NCBI GenBank assembly: GCA_965203055.1
Contig: OZ241863.1
Coordinates: 4,288,001 to 4,352,000 of the forward strand
Length of the DNA: 64,000 nt
DNA from: Spirochaetia bacterium
GTDB lineage: Bacteria; Spirochaetota; Spirochaetia; SZUA-6; Bin103
Reading direction: 5' to 3'
Translations under genes and position numbers: made by a program
Shown: positions 29,362 to 39,026 of the stretch, one piece after another
How positions within the stretch are numbered: the first letter of the stretch is position 1
Layout: each line of letters begins with the position of its first letter
The notes under the pieces: model-generated
The model's input: only the letters and a program-made list of their open reading frames with translations
Databases searched by the model: none
What the model was told of the DNA's origin: nothing

Positions 29362-30717
29362 ATGGACAAACATGCTTCCGACGGGGCCGTCACCACTACC
29401 GTTTCCGCCCTCTCAGACGACCTCCTGCTGGAGCGGACCAAGGAACTGTCCGGCATCGAACACCATCTCGAAGTGGTCGTGATCGACCACCTGCGCGAGA
29501 TTCAGAAGCGCCGCCTGTATCTGCGCCGCGGGTTCTCGAGCCTGTTCGATTACGCGGTGCGCGAACTGGGTTACAGCGACGCCGCAGCGTGGCGGCGCAT
29601 CAAGGCGATGCGGCTCTGCGCGGACGTCGACGGCGTCCGCGAGCGCCTGCAGAATGGCATGATGACGCTGAACGCGGCCGCGCAGTTGCAGCATGCCTTC
29701 GACCGGCAGGAGCGCAAGAAGGAACGCGCGGCGCGTAGCGCGCCGGGCGGGGCCGGGACCGGGGCAGCCGCTGAGTCGCAGGACGGCGCGGCGCCGGCGC
29801 GGCCGGCGGAGCGGAAGCCGGCGGCGGCGCCGGTGCTGGACCCGGAGGCGCGGTGGGAGCTGGTGGAGCAGGCGTCCGGCAAGAGCAGCCGGGAGGTGAT
29901 GCAGTTGCTGGCCGAGGTGGACCCGGAGCTGGCGGCGCCGGCGGATCGGGTGCGGCCCCTGGGCGGCGGGCGCTGGGAACTCAAGGCGGTGATCGACGAT
30001 GAGTGCCGGCGGGGCTTGGAGCGGCTCCAGGGCCTCCTGTCCCACGTCGATCCGCACATGACGATGGGGCAGCTCATGGGGCGGTTGGTACGGGAAGGGC
30101 TCGACCGCCACGACCCGGCCCGGCCGCCGCGCGGGCGGCGCGCCGCGCCGGCCAAAGGCGCCGAGCAAACTTCGGCGGCGAAGACGCAGGCGGCCTCGGC
30201 TCGCGGCGCTGCCTCGGCAGCGAAGCAGCAGGCGAGCTCGGACAGCGGCGCTCCTTCGGCGGCGAAGGTATCGACTCAGGCGCCGGCGCAGCCGGGAGAC
30301 GAAGCCGCTGACCGCCCGGACACTTCGGCAGCGAAGCCGGCGACCGACGCCACTTCGGCGCCGAAGACGCAGCGCCTCGGCCGGCCGGCTGCGGCGTGCG
30401 CGCAGCCGGCGGCGCCGCCGCGGACCCGGACTTCCGCAGCGAAGCCGGACGTGCCCGGCCGCGCCATCCCGGCGGCGGTCAAGCGCGAGGTGTGGCGGCG
30501 CGACCGGGGCCGCTGCCGCTACGTGGACCGCACCAGCGGGCGCCGTTGCCGCTCCCAACACCTGCTGCAGATCGATCACGTCGTGCCGTATGCCTGCGGC
30601 GGCACCGCCGAGCCGAACAATCTGCGCCTGCTGTGCGCCGCCCATCACCGCTACCGCCACGTCGGCGCCGGATTCGGGCGCCCCGGCGAGGATCGTCAGG
30701 CGCCGGTAGACCGGTGA
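29362..30717 (+). CDS. HNH endonuclease with DUF222-like helical N-terminus and low-complexity linker
   Basis: RRLYLRRGFSSLFDYAVRELGYS; C-terminal IPAAVKREVWRRDRGRCRY...C...LQIDHVVPYACGGTAEPNNLRLLCAAHH. Confidence 0.88.
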   Translation: MDKHASDGAVTTTVSALSDDLLLERTKELSGIEHHLEVVVIDHLREIQKRRLYLRRGFSSLFDYAVRELGYSDAAAWRRIKAMRLCADVDGVRERLQNGMMTLNAAAQLQHAFDRQERKKERAARSAPGGAGTGAAAESQDGAAPARPAERKPAAAPVLDPEARWELVEQASGKSSREVMQLLAEVDPELAAPADRVRPLGGGRWELKAVIDDECRRGLERLQGLLSHVDPHMTMGQLMGRLVREGLDRHDPARPPRGRRAAPAKGAEQTSAAKTQAASARGAASAAKQQASSDSGAPSAAKVSTQAPAQPGDEAADRPDTSAAKPATDATSAPKTQRLGRPAAACAQPAAPPRTRTSAAKPDVPGRAIPAAVKREVWRRDRGRCRYVDRTSGRRCRSQHLLQIDHVVPYACGGTAEPNNLRLLCAAHHRYRHVGAGFGRPGEDRQAPVDR

Positions 30718-30833
30718 TCAAGATTCGCCGAGAAACGTCACCTTGCACTGGGACTTGGGCTTGGCCGCCAAGCGGCCTGACGCTTACCTACATTTTGGAA
30801 ATGCGCCTGCGCCGGGGCCGCCCGGACGGCGGG

Positions 30834-30861
30834 TTGACTTCTCTCGGCGGTCGATTACAAT
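30834..30861 (+). promoter_or_regulatory. sigma70-type promoter of the oppD/oppF-like pair
   Basis: TTGACT(30834-39)-N16-TACAAT(30856-61). Confidence 0.55.
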
Positions 30862-30931
30862 TGGCCGGCTTGCCAGGCTGCTGCCGCCTCGGCGCGCGGC
30901 CCAAGAGCAATCTGCCTGAAAGGATACTGCT

Positions 30932-31978
30932 GTGGAGACCCCTGTTCTCGAGGTCAAGGACCTGCGCACCTACTTCAAGCTTGAAGAAGGCACCCTCAAG
31001 GCGGTGGATGGCGTCAGCTTCTCGGTAGCGCCGAAGAAGACGCTGGGCATCATCGGCGAGAGCGGCTGCGGCAAGAGCGTGACGGCGCAGTCGATCCTGC
31101 GCATCGTGCCGCCGCCCGGCGAGATCAAGTCGGGGGAGATCGTGCTCAACCGCGAGGGTCACGAGGCGCTCGATCTCACCCAGCTCGACCCGTTCGGCCA
31201 ATCGGTGCGCTCGATCCGCGGCAAGGAGATCTCGATGATCTTCCAGGAGCCGATGACCAGCCTGTCGCCGGTTCACACCATCGGCAACCAGGTCGAAGAG
31301 GCGATCCTGCTGCACAAGACCAGCGACAAGAACGAGGCCCACGAGCTGGCCATAGACATGCTCGACCGGGTCGGCATTCCCAACCCGCGGCAGCGCATCG
31401 AGGAGTATCCGCACCAACTCTCCGGCGGCCTGCGCCAGCGCGCCATGATCGCGATGGCGCTGTCGTGCAATCCCGCGCTGCTGATCGCCGATGAGCCGAC
31501 GACCGCGCTGGACGTCACGGTGCAGGCGCAGATCCTGGACCTGATGGAGCACCTCCAGGAGCAGTTCGGGATGGCCATCCTCTACATCACCCACGATCTG
31601 GGCGTGATCGCCGAGATTGCCGACGAGGTGGCGGTGATGTATCTGGGGCGCGTCGTCGAACACGCCGAAACCAAGGAAATCTTCCGCAATCCGGCGCATC
31701 CCTACACCCGCCTGCTGCTGAAGTCGATCCCGCGCATGGGCAAGGAGGCGAAGAAGCGGCTGGACGCCATTCAGGGCACGGTCCCGATCCCGCTGGATCC
31801 GCCGCGCGAATGCGGCTTCTTCAGCCGCTGTCCGGACGCCATGGACGGCAAGTGCAACAGCAACATCCCGGCGCTGGTGGAACTCACACCGGAACACCGG
31901 GTACGCTGCTACCTCCACAGCGAACGGCATGAGCCCGAAGATGCGGCTCTGGCACAACTGGCAGGAGCAAGAGCATGA
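30932..31978 (+). CDS. oppD: Oligopeptide/dipeptide ABC ATP-binding protein (OppD/DppD-like)
   Basis: [49 protein letters not shown], Cys-rich tail. Confidence 0.9.
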   Translation: METPVLEVKDLRTYFKLEEGTLKAVDGVSFSVAPKKTLGIIGESGCGKSVTAQSILRIVPPPGEIKSGEIVLNREGHEALDLTQLDPFGQSVRSIRGKEISMIFQEPMTSLSPVHTIGNQVEEAILLHKTSDKNEAHELAIDMLDRVGIPNPRQRIEEYPHQLSGGLRQRAMIAMALSCNPALLIADEPTTALDVTVQAQILDLMEHLQEQFGMAILYITHDLGVIAEIADEVAVMYLGRVVEHAETKEIFRNPAHPYTRLLLKSIPRMGKEAKKRLDAIQGTVPIPLDPPRECGFFSRCPDAMDGKCNSNIPALVELTPEHRVRCYLHSERHEPEDAALAQLAGARA

Positions 31979-33003
31979 GCGACGCGAACAACGGCAGCCG
32001 CCGGCTGCTGGAGGTAGAGCAACTGCGCAAGTACTTTCCGATCGAGAAGGGCTTCTTGCGCCGGGTCACCGGCCACGTGAAGGCGGTGGATCGGATCAAT
32101 CTCTACATCAACGAAGGCGAGACCCTCGGCCTGGTGGGCGAGTCAGGCTGCGGCAAGACCACGCTCGGGCGCTGCATCCTGCGCGCCATCGAGCCTACTG
32201 ACGGCAGCGTCAACTTTCAGTTCAGCGCCTCCGACGAGCGGGTTGACATTACCCAACTGGACAAGAAGCGGCTGCGGGCGATCCGCCGCCACATGCAGAT
32301 GATCTTCCAGGATCCCTATTCCTCGCTGGATCCACGCATGACGGTACTGGACATCGTGGCCGAGCCGCTGGTATCCAATCAGATCGCCAAGGGGCAGGCG
32401 CTGGAAGATCGGGTCAAGGACCTGATGCGCGTCGTGGGCCTGGAGGTCAAGCACCTCAAGCGCTACCCGCACGCCTTCAGCGGCGGCCAGCGGCAGCGCA
32501 TCGGCATCGCGCGCGCGCTGGCGCCGCACCCGGAGTTCATCGTCTGCGACGAGGCGGTGTCGGCGCTGGACGTGTCGATTCAGGCGCAGATTCTGAATCT
32601 GCTCCAGGACCTGCAGGCGGAGTTCAACCTTACCTATCTGTTCATCGCGCACGACCTGAGCGTCATCGAGCACATCTCCGACCGGGTGGGGGTGATGTAC
32701 GTCGGCAAGATGGTGGAGCTGGCCTCCACCGAGCAGTTGTTCGGCAACCCCAAGCATCCCTACACCGAGGCGTTGCTGTCGGCAGTGCCGCAGCCCGATC
32801 CCGAAACCAAGATGGACCGCATCATCCTTCCCGGCGAGGTGGCCAACCCCGCCAACCCGCCGTCCGGCTGCTACTTCCATCCGCGGTGCGTGTACGCCAA
32901 GGACGAGTGCAAGGCCGTCGAGCCGACCTGGGAGGAGGTGGAACCGGGTCACTTCGCGGCGTGCCACTTCGCCAAGGAGCTCAACCTCAAGGCCGTGGAG
33001 TAG
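31975..33003 (+). CDS. oppF: Oligopeptide/dipeptide ABC ATP-binding protein (OppF/DppF-like)
   Basis: [47 protein letters not shown]. Confidence 0.9.
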   Translation: MSDANNGSRRLLEVEQLRKYFPIEKGFLRRVTGHVKAVDRINLYINEGETLGLVGESGCGKTTLGRCILRAIEPTDGSVNFQFSASDERVDITQLDKKRLRAIRRHMQMIFQDPYSSLDPRMTVLDIVAEPLVSNQIAKGQALEDRVKDLMRVVGLEVKHLKRYPHAFSGGQRQRIGIARALAPHPEFIVCDEAVSALDVSIQAQILNLLQDLQAEFNLTYLFIAHDLSVIEHISDRVGVMYVGKMVELASTEQLFGNPKHPYTEALLSAVPQPDPETKMDRIILPGEVANPANPPSGCYFHPRCVYAKDECKAVEPTWEEVEPGHFAACHFAKELNLKAVE

Positions 33004-33028
33004 GCGCGTCCGGCCGCGCGCGGGGCGC

Positions 33029-33919
33029 TTAGCCGAGCGCCAGTTCGCGCACCAGGATGCCGCCTGCGGCGGCCAGCACGAACCAGCCGAACGCGGGCCG
33101 CAGCTTGGCGCCCGGCACCAGCCGGCTCAGCCGGCTGCCGAGCAGGATTCCGGCCACCGCCAGGGCGGTGAACGCCAGCAGCAGGCCCCAGTCGAAGCGG
33201 CTCTCCCGGCTGAGGTCGCCCAGCACGCCGAACAGCGACTTGGCGGCGATGATGGTGAGCGAGGTGCCCACCGCCACGCGCATCGGCAGGCGGGCGAACA
33301 CGGCCAGGGCAGGCACGATGGCGAAGCCGCCCCCGGCGCCCACCAAGCCGGTGAGCACGCCGATGACCGCGCCTTCCAGCACTACCAGCGGGACGCTGAC
33401 CTCGAACGGCGGGACGCCGGCCTTGGCGGGAGCGGCGGCAGCCGCGCTCCGCGCGGGCGGCGGCAGCTCGACCGCCGCGGCCACTGCGGCCCCGGCGCCC
33501 CCGTTGCCCGCGGCCGGCGCCGCAAACCGGGGCCGCGCGATCATCGACAGCGCGCTGAGCCCCATGATCACCGCAAACAGCACCAGGATGAACAGCTCCT
33601 TGCTCACCTCGACCCCGGCCACGCTGCCGAGCTGCGCGGGGATGGCCGGCACCAGCCAGCGCCGGGTCAGGAACACCACCGGCAGTGATGGAATGGAGAA
33701 CGCGAGCGCGGCGCGGACGTGCACCAGCCCGCGGCGCCAGTAGCTGGCCGCGCCCACCACGCTGGTGACCCCGACCACGAACAGCGAGTACGCGGTAGCG
33801 GTGACCGCGTCGATGCCCACCACGTACACCAGGATCGGAACCGTGAGGATCGAGCCGCCGGCGCCGGTCAATCCCATGATCGCGCCCACGACCACCGCCA
33901 GGGCGACTCCCCACAGCAT
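33029..33919 (-). CDS. Sulfite exporter TauE/SafE family protein
   Basis: MGLTGAGGSILTVPILVY, ATAYSLFVVG, TGLVGAGGGFAIVPAL, AVGTSL. Confidence 0.9.
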   Translation of the reverse strand: MLWGVALAVVVGAIMGLTGAGGSILTVPILVYVVGIDAVTATAYSLFVVGVTSVVGAASYWRRGLVHVRAALAFSIPSLPVVFLTRRWLVPAIPAQLGSVAGVEVSKELFILVLFAVIMGLSALSMIARPRFAAPAAGNGGAGAAVAAAVELPPPARSAAAAAPAKAGVPPFEVSVPLVVLEGAVIGVLTGLVGAGGGFAIVPALAVFARLPMRVAVGTSLTIIAAKSLFGVLGDLSRESRFDWGLLLAFTALAVAGILLGSRLSRLVPGAKLRPAFGWFVLAAAGGILVRELALG

Positions 33920-34148
33920 GCCGCCGATCACGCGGCGCGGCGCCGCAGGCCGATCGGCGGCGGTCCCGGCGGCAGCGCAACCCGTCGTCCCGGCTCCATG
34001 GTGCGGCAACGTGGCAGGAGCGTTCCCGGCTGTCAACGCGCGCCGCCAACCCGCATCCAACCCGCAACCCGGCGGGCGGCTCGATTCGCCGCGCTGCACG
34101 CGGTGAGCGGCGTTGCCGAGCGGCGCCTTCCCGCGGCACAATCACGCC

Positions 34149-35069
34149 ATGCCACTCAAGACATCCCCCAAGATTTCGCTGGGAAGCTGGGCCTTCTCGT
34201 TCGGCCCGTTCGAAGCCGATCCCTGGTCCTGGGAGCGCTTCGTCGATTACACCGCCGAGCACGGCTACGACGGCGTGGAGATCAACGCCGTGCCGCCCCA
34301 TCCGAACCCGGCGCAGTACGACACCGCCGCCAAGTGCCGCGAGCTGATGGCCCGCCTGAGCGACCGGGGCCTGGGGGTGTCCGGCTATGCCGTGAATGGG
34401 CATCTGCCCGACCTGCAGGCGGCGCCGCCCGCGCTGGTGAGCCCGCAACAGTTCGTCTCCACCCTGCGCCCCTACCTCCGCTTCTGCAGCGACGCCGGCA
34501 TCGGCGCCCTGCGCATGGACACGGCAAGCCCGCCGGAACAGCTCGACGCGGTCACCTATGAGAAGCGTTTCGCCAACGCCGTGAGCTGCCTGCAGGCGCT
34601 GGCCGCGGCCGCGTCCGACCACGGCGTCACGCTGATGTGGGAATTCGAGCCCGGCTTCTGGCTCAACAAGCCGAGCGAGGTAGTGCGCCTGCACGACGCG
34701 GTGGGCCACGCCAACTTCAAGCTGCTGTTCGACACCAGCCACGCCTACATGGGAGCGGTGGTCGGCTCGCGGCATACCGGCGCCCCGGAGATCCTGCCCG
34801 GCGGCACCGCCGAATACGCCGCCCTGATCCGCGAGCGCATGGGCCATCTGCACCTGATCGACAGCGACGGCGAGCTGCACGACGACGACACCAGCACCCA
34901 CATCGAGTTCGGCAAGGGCCAGGTGGACTTTCCGGCCACCCTCAAGGCGCTGGGGCCGCAGCTCGAGGCGATGCGGTGGTGGTGCGTCGACTTCTGCTTC
35001 AATCCGGCCGGCCCGGCAGGCGCCAAGGTGGCGGTGCCGTTCCTGCGCGACCTCGCGCGCTCGCTGTAG
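34149..35069 (+). CDS. Sugar phosphate isomerase/epimerase (TIM barrel)
   Basis: GYDGVEI, WEFEPGFWLNKPSEV, LFDTSHA, HLHLIDSDG. Confidence 0.88.
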   Translation: MPLKTSPKISLGSWAFSFGPFEADPWSWERFVDYTAEHGYDGVEINAVPPHPNPAQYDTAAKCRELMARLSDRGLGVSGYAVNGHLPDLQAAPPALVSPQQFVSTLRPYLRFCSDAGIGALRMDTASPPEQLDAVTYEKRFANAVSCLQALAAAASDHGVTLMWEFEPGFWLNKPSEVVRLHDAVGHANFKLLFDTSHAYMGAVVGSRHTGAPEILPGGTAEYAALIRERMGHLHLIDSDGELHDDDTSTHIEFGKGQVDFPATLKALGPQLEAMRWWCVDFCFNPAGPAGAKVAVPFLRDLARSL

Positions 35070-35080
35070 GGAGGGAATCC

Positions 35081-36220
35081 ATGGCCAAGCAGAAACTGAA
35101 CGTCGCCATCATCGGCTACGGCTTCATGGGCCGCGCCCATTCCAACGCCTACCGCAAGGTGGGCAACTTCTTCGACCTGGAGTACGAGCCGGTGATGAAG
35201 GCGGCCAGCGCGCGCCAGCCGGACCAGCTCGAGGCGTTCGCCGCCAACTGGGGATGGCAGGAGACCGACACCGACTGGCGCCGCGTGGTGCAGCGGCCCG
35301 ACATCGACCTGGTCGACATCTGCGCCCCCAACAACGTGCATCTGGAGATCGCCCAGGCCGCGGCCGCGGCCGGCAAGATGATCGCCTGCGAAAAGCCGCT
35401 GGCGATGGATGCCGCGCAGGGCCGGCAACTGGTGGCGGCGGTGGCGGCCGCCGGCAAGCCGAACATGGTGTGGTTCAACTACCGGCGCGTGCCGGCCATC
35501 GCCCTGGCCAAGCAGATCGTCGACGAGGGCCGCATCGGGCGCGTGTTCCACTACCGGGCGCGCTACCTGCAGGACTGGACCATCAGCCCGGACGTGCCGC
35601 AGGGCGGCAACACCTTGTGGCGGCTGGACAAGAGCGTGTCCGGCAGCGGCGTGACCGGCGATCTGCTGGCGCACTCCATCGACACCGCGATGTGGCTGGC
35701 GGGACCGATCACCAGCGTCGCCGCCACCACCGAGACGTTCGTCAAGGAGCGCGAGCTGCAGGATGAACCCGGCACCCGCCGGGCGGTGGAAATCGACGAC
35801 GCCTGCGCCTTTCTGGCGCGCTTCGCCGGCGGCGCCATGGCCACCTTCGAGTCCACCCGCTACGCGCGCGGGCGCAAGAACGAGAACTACTTCGAGATCA
35901 ACGGCGAATTGGGGTCGCTGGCGTTCAACCTCGAGAACGCGCACGAACTGGGCTACTTCACCCACGCCGACGAGGGGCACCTGCGCGGCTGGCGCACGAT
36001 CCAGGTGTGGGACTCGGACCACCCCTACATGGAGCATTGGTGGGTGCCGGGGTGCGTGATCGGCTATGAGCACACCTTCATCAATACCCTGGCGGACTTT
36101 CTTGGCAGCCTCGCGACCGGCGAGAAGACCTGCCCCGACTTCGCCGACGCGCAGGCTACCCAGGTGGTGTGCGACGCGGTGCTGCAGGCCGCGGCCGAGC
36201 GGCGCTGGGTCGATCTGTGA
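35081..36220 (+). CDS. Gfo/Idh/MocA family oxidoreductase
   Basis: LNVAIIGYGFMGRAHSNAY, ACEKPLA, FNYRRVPA, GDLLAHSID. Confidence 0.93.
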   Translation: MAKQKLNVAIIGYGFMGRAHSNAYRKVGNFFDLEYEPVMKAASARQPDQLEAFAANWGWQETDTDWRRVVQRPDIDLVDICAPNNVHLEIAQAAAAAGKMIACEKPLAMDAAQGRQLVAAVAAAGKPNMVWFNYRRVPAIALAKQIVDEGRIGRVFHYRARYLQDWTISPDVPQGGNTLWRLDKSVSGSGVTGDLLAHSIDTAMWLAGPITSVAATTETFVKERELQDEPGTRRAVEIDDACAFLARFAGGAMATFESTRYARGRKNENYFEINGELGSLAFNLENAHELGYFTHADEGHLRGWRTIQVWDSDHPYMEHWWVPGCVIGYEHTFINTLADFLGSLATGEKTCPDFADAQATQVVCDAVLQAAAERRWVDL

Positions 36221-36281
36221 GCCGCTTCATCCTGTCCCGAACTAGTCAGCTTAGGAAAGCCGGCGGCGGCCCGCCAGATCA

Positions 36282-36338
36282 TCACTATCCTCAATTTTGA
36301 TATTATTTGATGTGATAGTGACACAATCTATCACTATC
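36282..36338. promoter_or_regulatory. Putative operator: three TCACTATC boxes upstream of the Fic gene
   Basis: TCACTATC 36282-89; inverted GATAGTGA 36314-21; TCACTATC 36331-38; AT-rich leader. Confidence 0.6.
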
Positions 36339-36354
36339 TGAAATACTGATAGAT

Positions 36355-37713
36355 GTGAAGTTGCCTCTTCGGCCGAGGCCGCTGCCCGAACTACTTGTCG
36401 AACATCGCGAGCGGCTGGAGGCATTGTATGGCCGCGGTTTCGGTCCCACGGCGAACGGCCGCTACCTGCACTGGGACGAGTTGCGCCATCGTGTTGTCCC
36501 CGCGGGGCTGCGGAGCCACGAGGAATGGTGGCTCCGGCTCAAGCTGTCCCGCGGCGGACTCCAGCGCGAGCTCCCGATGCGGGACGCCGGCGGGCGCCCG
36601 TTCGTCTACCTGCTGCCTGACCCGGCGCTGCAGGCGCTGCACCGCATCGACAGTCAGAGCCGCGGCTGGGTTGGCGCCGCCGCCGAAGGGATCGCCAATT
36701 CCGACACGCGCAATCAGTTCATCGTCAACTCACTGATCGAGGAAGCAATCACTTCCAGCCAGCTTGAAGGCGCGTCGACAACGCGCGCGGCAGCGGCGGA
36801 GATGATCCGCGCCGGGCGGCGGCCGCGGGACCAGAGCGAACAGATGATTCTCAACAACTATCGGGCGATGGAGGCGGTCCGCCGGCTCAAGGAGAAGCCG
36901 TTGACCGAGCGGACCGTACTGGATCTTCACGCGCTGGTAGCCGCCGACACGCTCGACGACCCCGCCGACGCCGGCCGCCTGCAGCGGCCCGCCGACCGGC
37001 GGGTAGAGGTATGGGACGACCGCGGCGAAACGCTGCTCCACACCCCGCCGCCGGCCGCTGAGCTGCCCAGCCGGCTGCGCGAGATGGTCCGGTTCGCCAA
37101 CCATGGCGCAGCCGATGGTTCGTTCCTGCATCCGGTGGCGCGCGCCATCATCCTCCACTTCTGGCTCGCCTACGACCATCCGTTCGCGGATGGCAACGGA
37201 CGCACCGCCCGGGCGCTGTTCTATTGGACGATGCTGCGCCACGACTACTGGCTGTTCGAGTTTGCCTCGATCAGCAGCGTGCTGGCCGCGGCGCCCGCTC
37301 AATATGCCCGTCCGTTCCTCTATGTCGAAACCGACGATAACGATCTCACCTACTTCATCGCGCACCAGCTCGAGGTGCTGCTGCGCGCAATAGCCAACGT
37401 AGAATCGTACATTGCCACCACGATCGAACGGGTGCGGCAGGTCGAGGAGACCTTGAAGCGCTCCACCGACCTCAATCATCGCCAGCTTGCGCTCCTTGCG
37501 CACGCGCTCCGCCATCCCGGCGCCGAGTACACGATACGGTCGCATCTGACCAGTCATGCGGTAGCCTACGCCACCTCCCGCGCCGACCTGTTCCGGCTGG
37601 CGGAGCTCGGCCTGCTCGAACGGCGGCGCGTCGGGCGCCGGAGCTATCTGTTCCGGGCGCCCGCCGACTTGGCTGCGCGCGTGGGTTCGGCGGCGTCCGC
37701 CGCGGACCGCTGA
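36355..37713 (+). CDS. Fic domain protein (class II, C-terminal wHTH)
   Basis: HPFADGNGRTAR; inhibitory motif SSQLEG; C-terminal YATSRADLFRLAELGLL. Confidence 0.92.
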   Translation: MKLPLRPRPLPELLVEHRERLEALYGRGFGPTANGRYLHWDELRHRVVPAGLRSHEEWWLRLKLSRGGLQRELPMRDAGGRPFVYLLPDPALQALHRIDSQSRGWVGAAAEGIANSDTRNQFIVNSLIEEAITSSQLEGASTTRAAAAEMIRAGRRPRDQSEQMILNNYRAMEAVRRLKEKPLTERTVLDLHALVAADTLDDPADAGRLQRPADRRVEVWDDRGETLLHTPPPAAELPSRLREMVRFANHGAADGSFLHPVARAIILHFWLAYDHPFADGNGRTARALFYWTMLRHDYWLFEFASISSVLAAAPAQYARPFLYVETDDNDLTYFIAHQLEVLLRAIANVESYIATTIERVRQVEETLKRSTDLNHRQLALLAHALRHPGAEYTIRSHLTSHAVAYATSRADLFRLAELGLLERRRVGRRSYLFRAPADLAARVGSAASAADR

Positions 37714-38897
37714 GCGGGAGGGCGGCCGGAGCCAGGAGGGCCGAAGCGCAGGAAGCTCTCCTGCCGCAGCAGCCGCGCGAACTCGGCGGCGGGAAGGATG
37801 TCGATGCCGTCGCCGGTGCGCCGAGCGCGCGGCTCCAGGCAGACGACGAAGCGCCGGACGCCGGGATGCTCCTGCGCCAGCGCGCGCAGCCCGCGCAGGT
37901 GGTCGCCGGTGATGCGCGCGCTGGCCTTCGCTTCCACCGCCGCCTGCAGGTCGCCGAGCACGAAATCGACCTCGATCCCGCTCGGCAGCCGCCAATGGGT
38001 CACCTCCAGGTCCAACTCGCGGTAGGCGGCGCAGGCGTACAGCTCGTGGAACACCCAGTTTTCGAACGCCTTGCCGTAGAGCTGCGCGCCCGGCGTCAGT
38101 TCGCCCCGCCGGGCCAGGCGATTCACGACGCCGACGTCGGCGAAGTAGAACTTCGGCGCGCCGATCAGGCGGCGTTTGCGGCGCCGCCGGCAGGCGGGCA
38201 CGAAGCGGCCGAGCAGGGTATCTTCCAGAATCTCGAAGTAGCCCTTGACGGTGGGGCTCGCCACCCCGCATTCGCGCGCAATGTTGGAGAAGTTGACGAT
38301 CTCGCCGTCGCTGAGAGCAGCGGCGTCCAGGAATGCGGAGAACGCCGGCAGATTGCGCACCAGACCTTCGGCCGCTACCTCCTGCCGCAGGTAGTCGGCG
38401 ACGTAGGCGTCGAGCAGGCGCCGCGGCCGGGATGCCTGGTACATGCGCGGCAGGTACCCGTGATTCAACATCCGGTTCAGATCGAAGGCGGCGCCGAGCT
38501 CGCCGGCGGTGAGCCCGCGCAGCTCGTAGCGCACGGCGCGCCCGCCGAGCAGGTTGGCGGCGCCGCGGCGCACCTTCCTGGCGCTCGAGCCGCAGAGGGC
38601 AACGTGCAAGCCGCGATTCTCGATCAGCCAGTGCACCTCGTCGAGCAGCGCCGGTACCTTCTGAATCTCGTCGATGACGAGCTGGCGGCCGGCCGCCGGC
38701 GGCGCCGTCTCCAGCTCCTGGCGCAGGTACTCCGGATGATCGAGATAGCGCCGGAACTCCTCTCCCTTCAGCAGGTCGACCCAGCGGGCCTCGGGGTAGC
38801 GGCGCCTGAGCAGGGTGCTCTTGCCGGCCTGGCGCGGCCCCCAGAGGAAGAACGTCTCCGTGCCGGGGGCGGGCAGAGGCAACGCTCGTTCAAACAT
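37644..38897 (-). CDS. AAA_14 ATPase-DUF4143 protein
   Basis: WGPRQAGKST, VIDEIQKVP, CGSSARK, PKFYFADVG, GKAFENW, EVDFV...VEAK. Confidence 0.88.
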   Translation of the reverse strand: MFERALPLPAPGTETFFLWGPRQAGKSTLLRRRYPEARWVDLLKGEEFRRYLDHPEYLRQELETAPPAAGRQLVIDEIQKVPALLDEVHWLIENRGLHVALCGSSARKVRRGAANLLGGRAVRYELRGLTAGELGAAFDLNRMLNHGYLPRMYQASRPRRLLDAYVADYLRQEVAAEGLVRNLPAFSAFLDAAALSDGEIVNFSNIARECGVASPTVKGYFEILEDTLLGRFVPACRRRRKRRLIGAPKFYFADVGVVNRLARRGELTPGAQLYGKAFENWVFHELYACAAYRELDLEVTHWRLPSGIEVDFVLGDLQAAVEAKASARITGDHLRGLRALAQEHPGVRRFVVCLEPRARRTGDGIDILPAAEFARLLRQESFLRFGPPGSGRPPAQRSAADAAEPTRAAKSAGARNR

Positions 38898-38899
38898 CT

Positions 38900-38927
38900 A
38901 CTTTAGATTAGCATGATAATCTAAAGT
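38900..38927. promoter_or_regulatory. Perfect 11-bp inverted repeat, putative operator
   Basis: ACTTTAGATTA-gcatga-TAATCTAAAGT, 2 nt upstream of the ATG at 38897. Confidence 0.7.
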
Positions 38928-39026
38928 CATCCATTGAAATAGTACGCCCAGTCCGTCGCGGCGCGTGCTGCCGGCGGGCACGCAGTGTTGGCCGCAACGA
39001 CCGGTGCCGGTATGGTGAGCGCGGCC

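Larger units (their letters stand above)
29271..30807. mobile_element. Putative HNH cassette bounded by a 13-bp direct repeat
   Basis: TTGGAAATGCGCC at 29271-29283 and 30795-30807. Confidence 0.45.

Noticed and set aside
30170..30444. CRISPR array interpretation of the palindromic repeats
   Set aside because: Units are only 14 bp, irregularly spaced, in frame within a CDS, and there are no cas genes.
29362..30717. IscB/Cas9-like RNA-guided nuclease
   Set aside because: No PLMP or split RuvC motifs are visible; HNH only.
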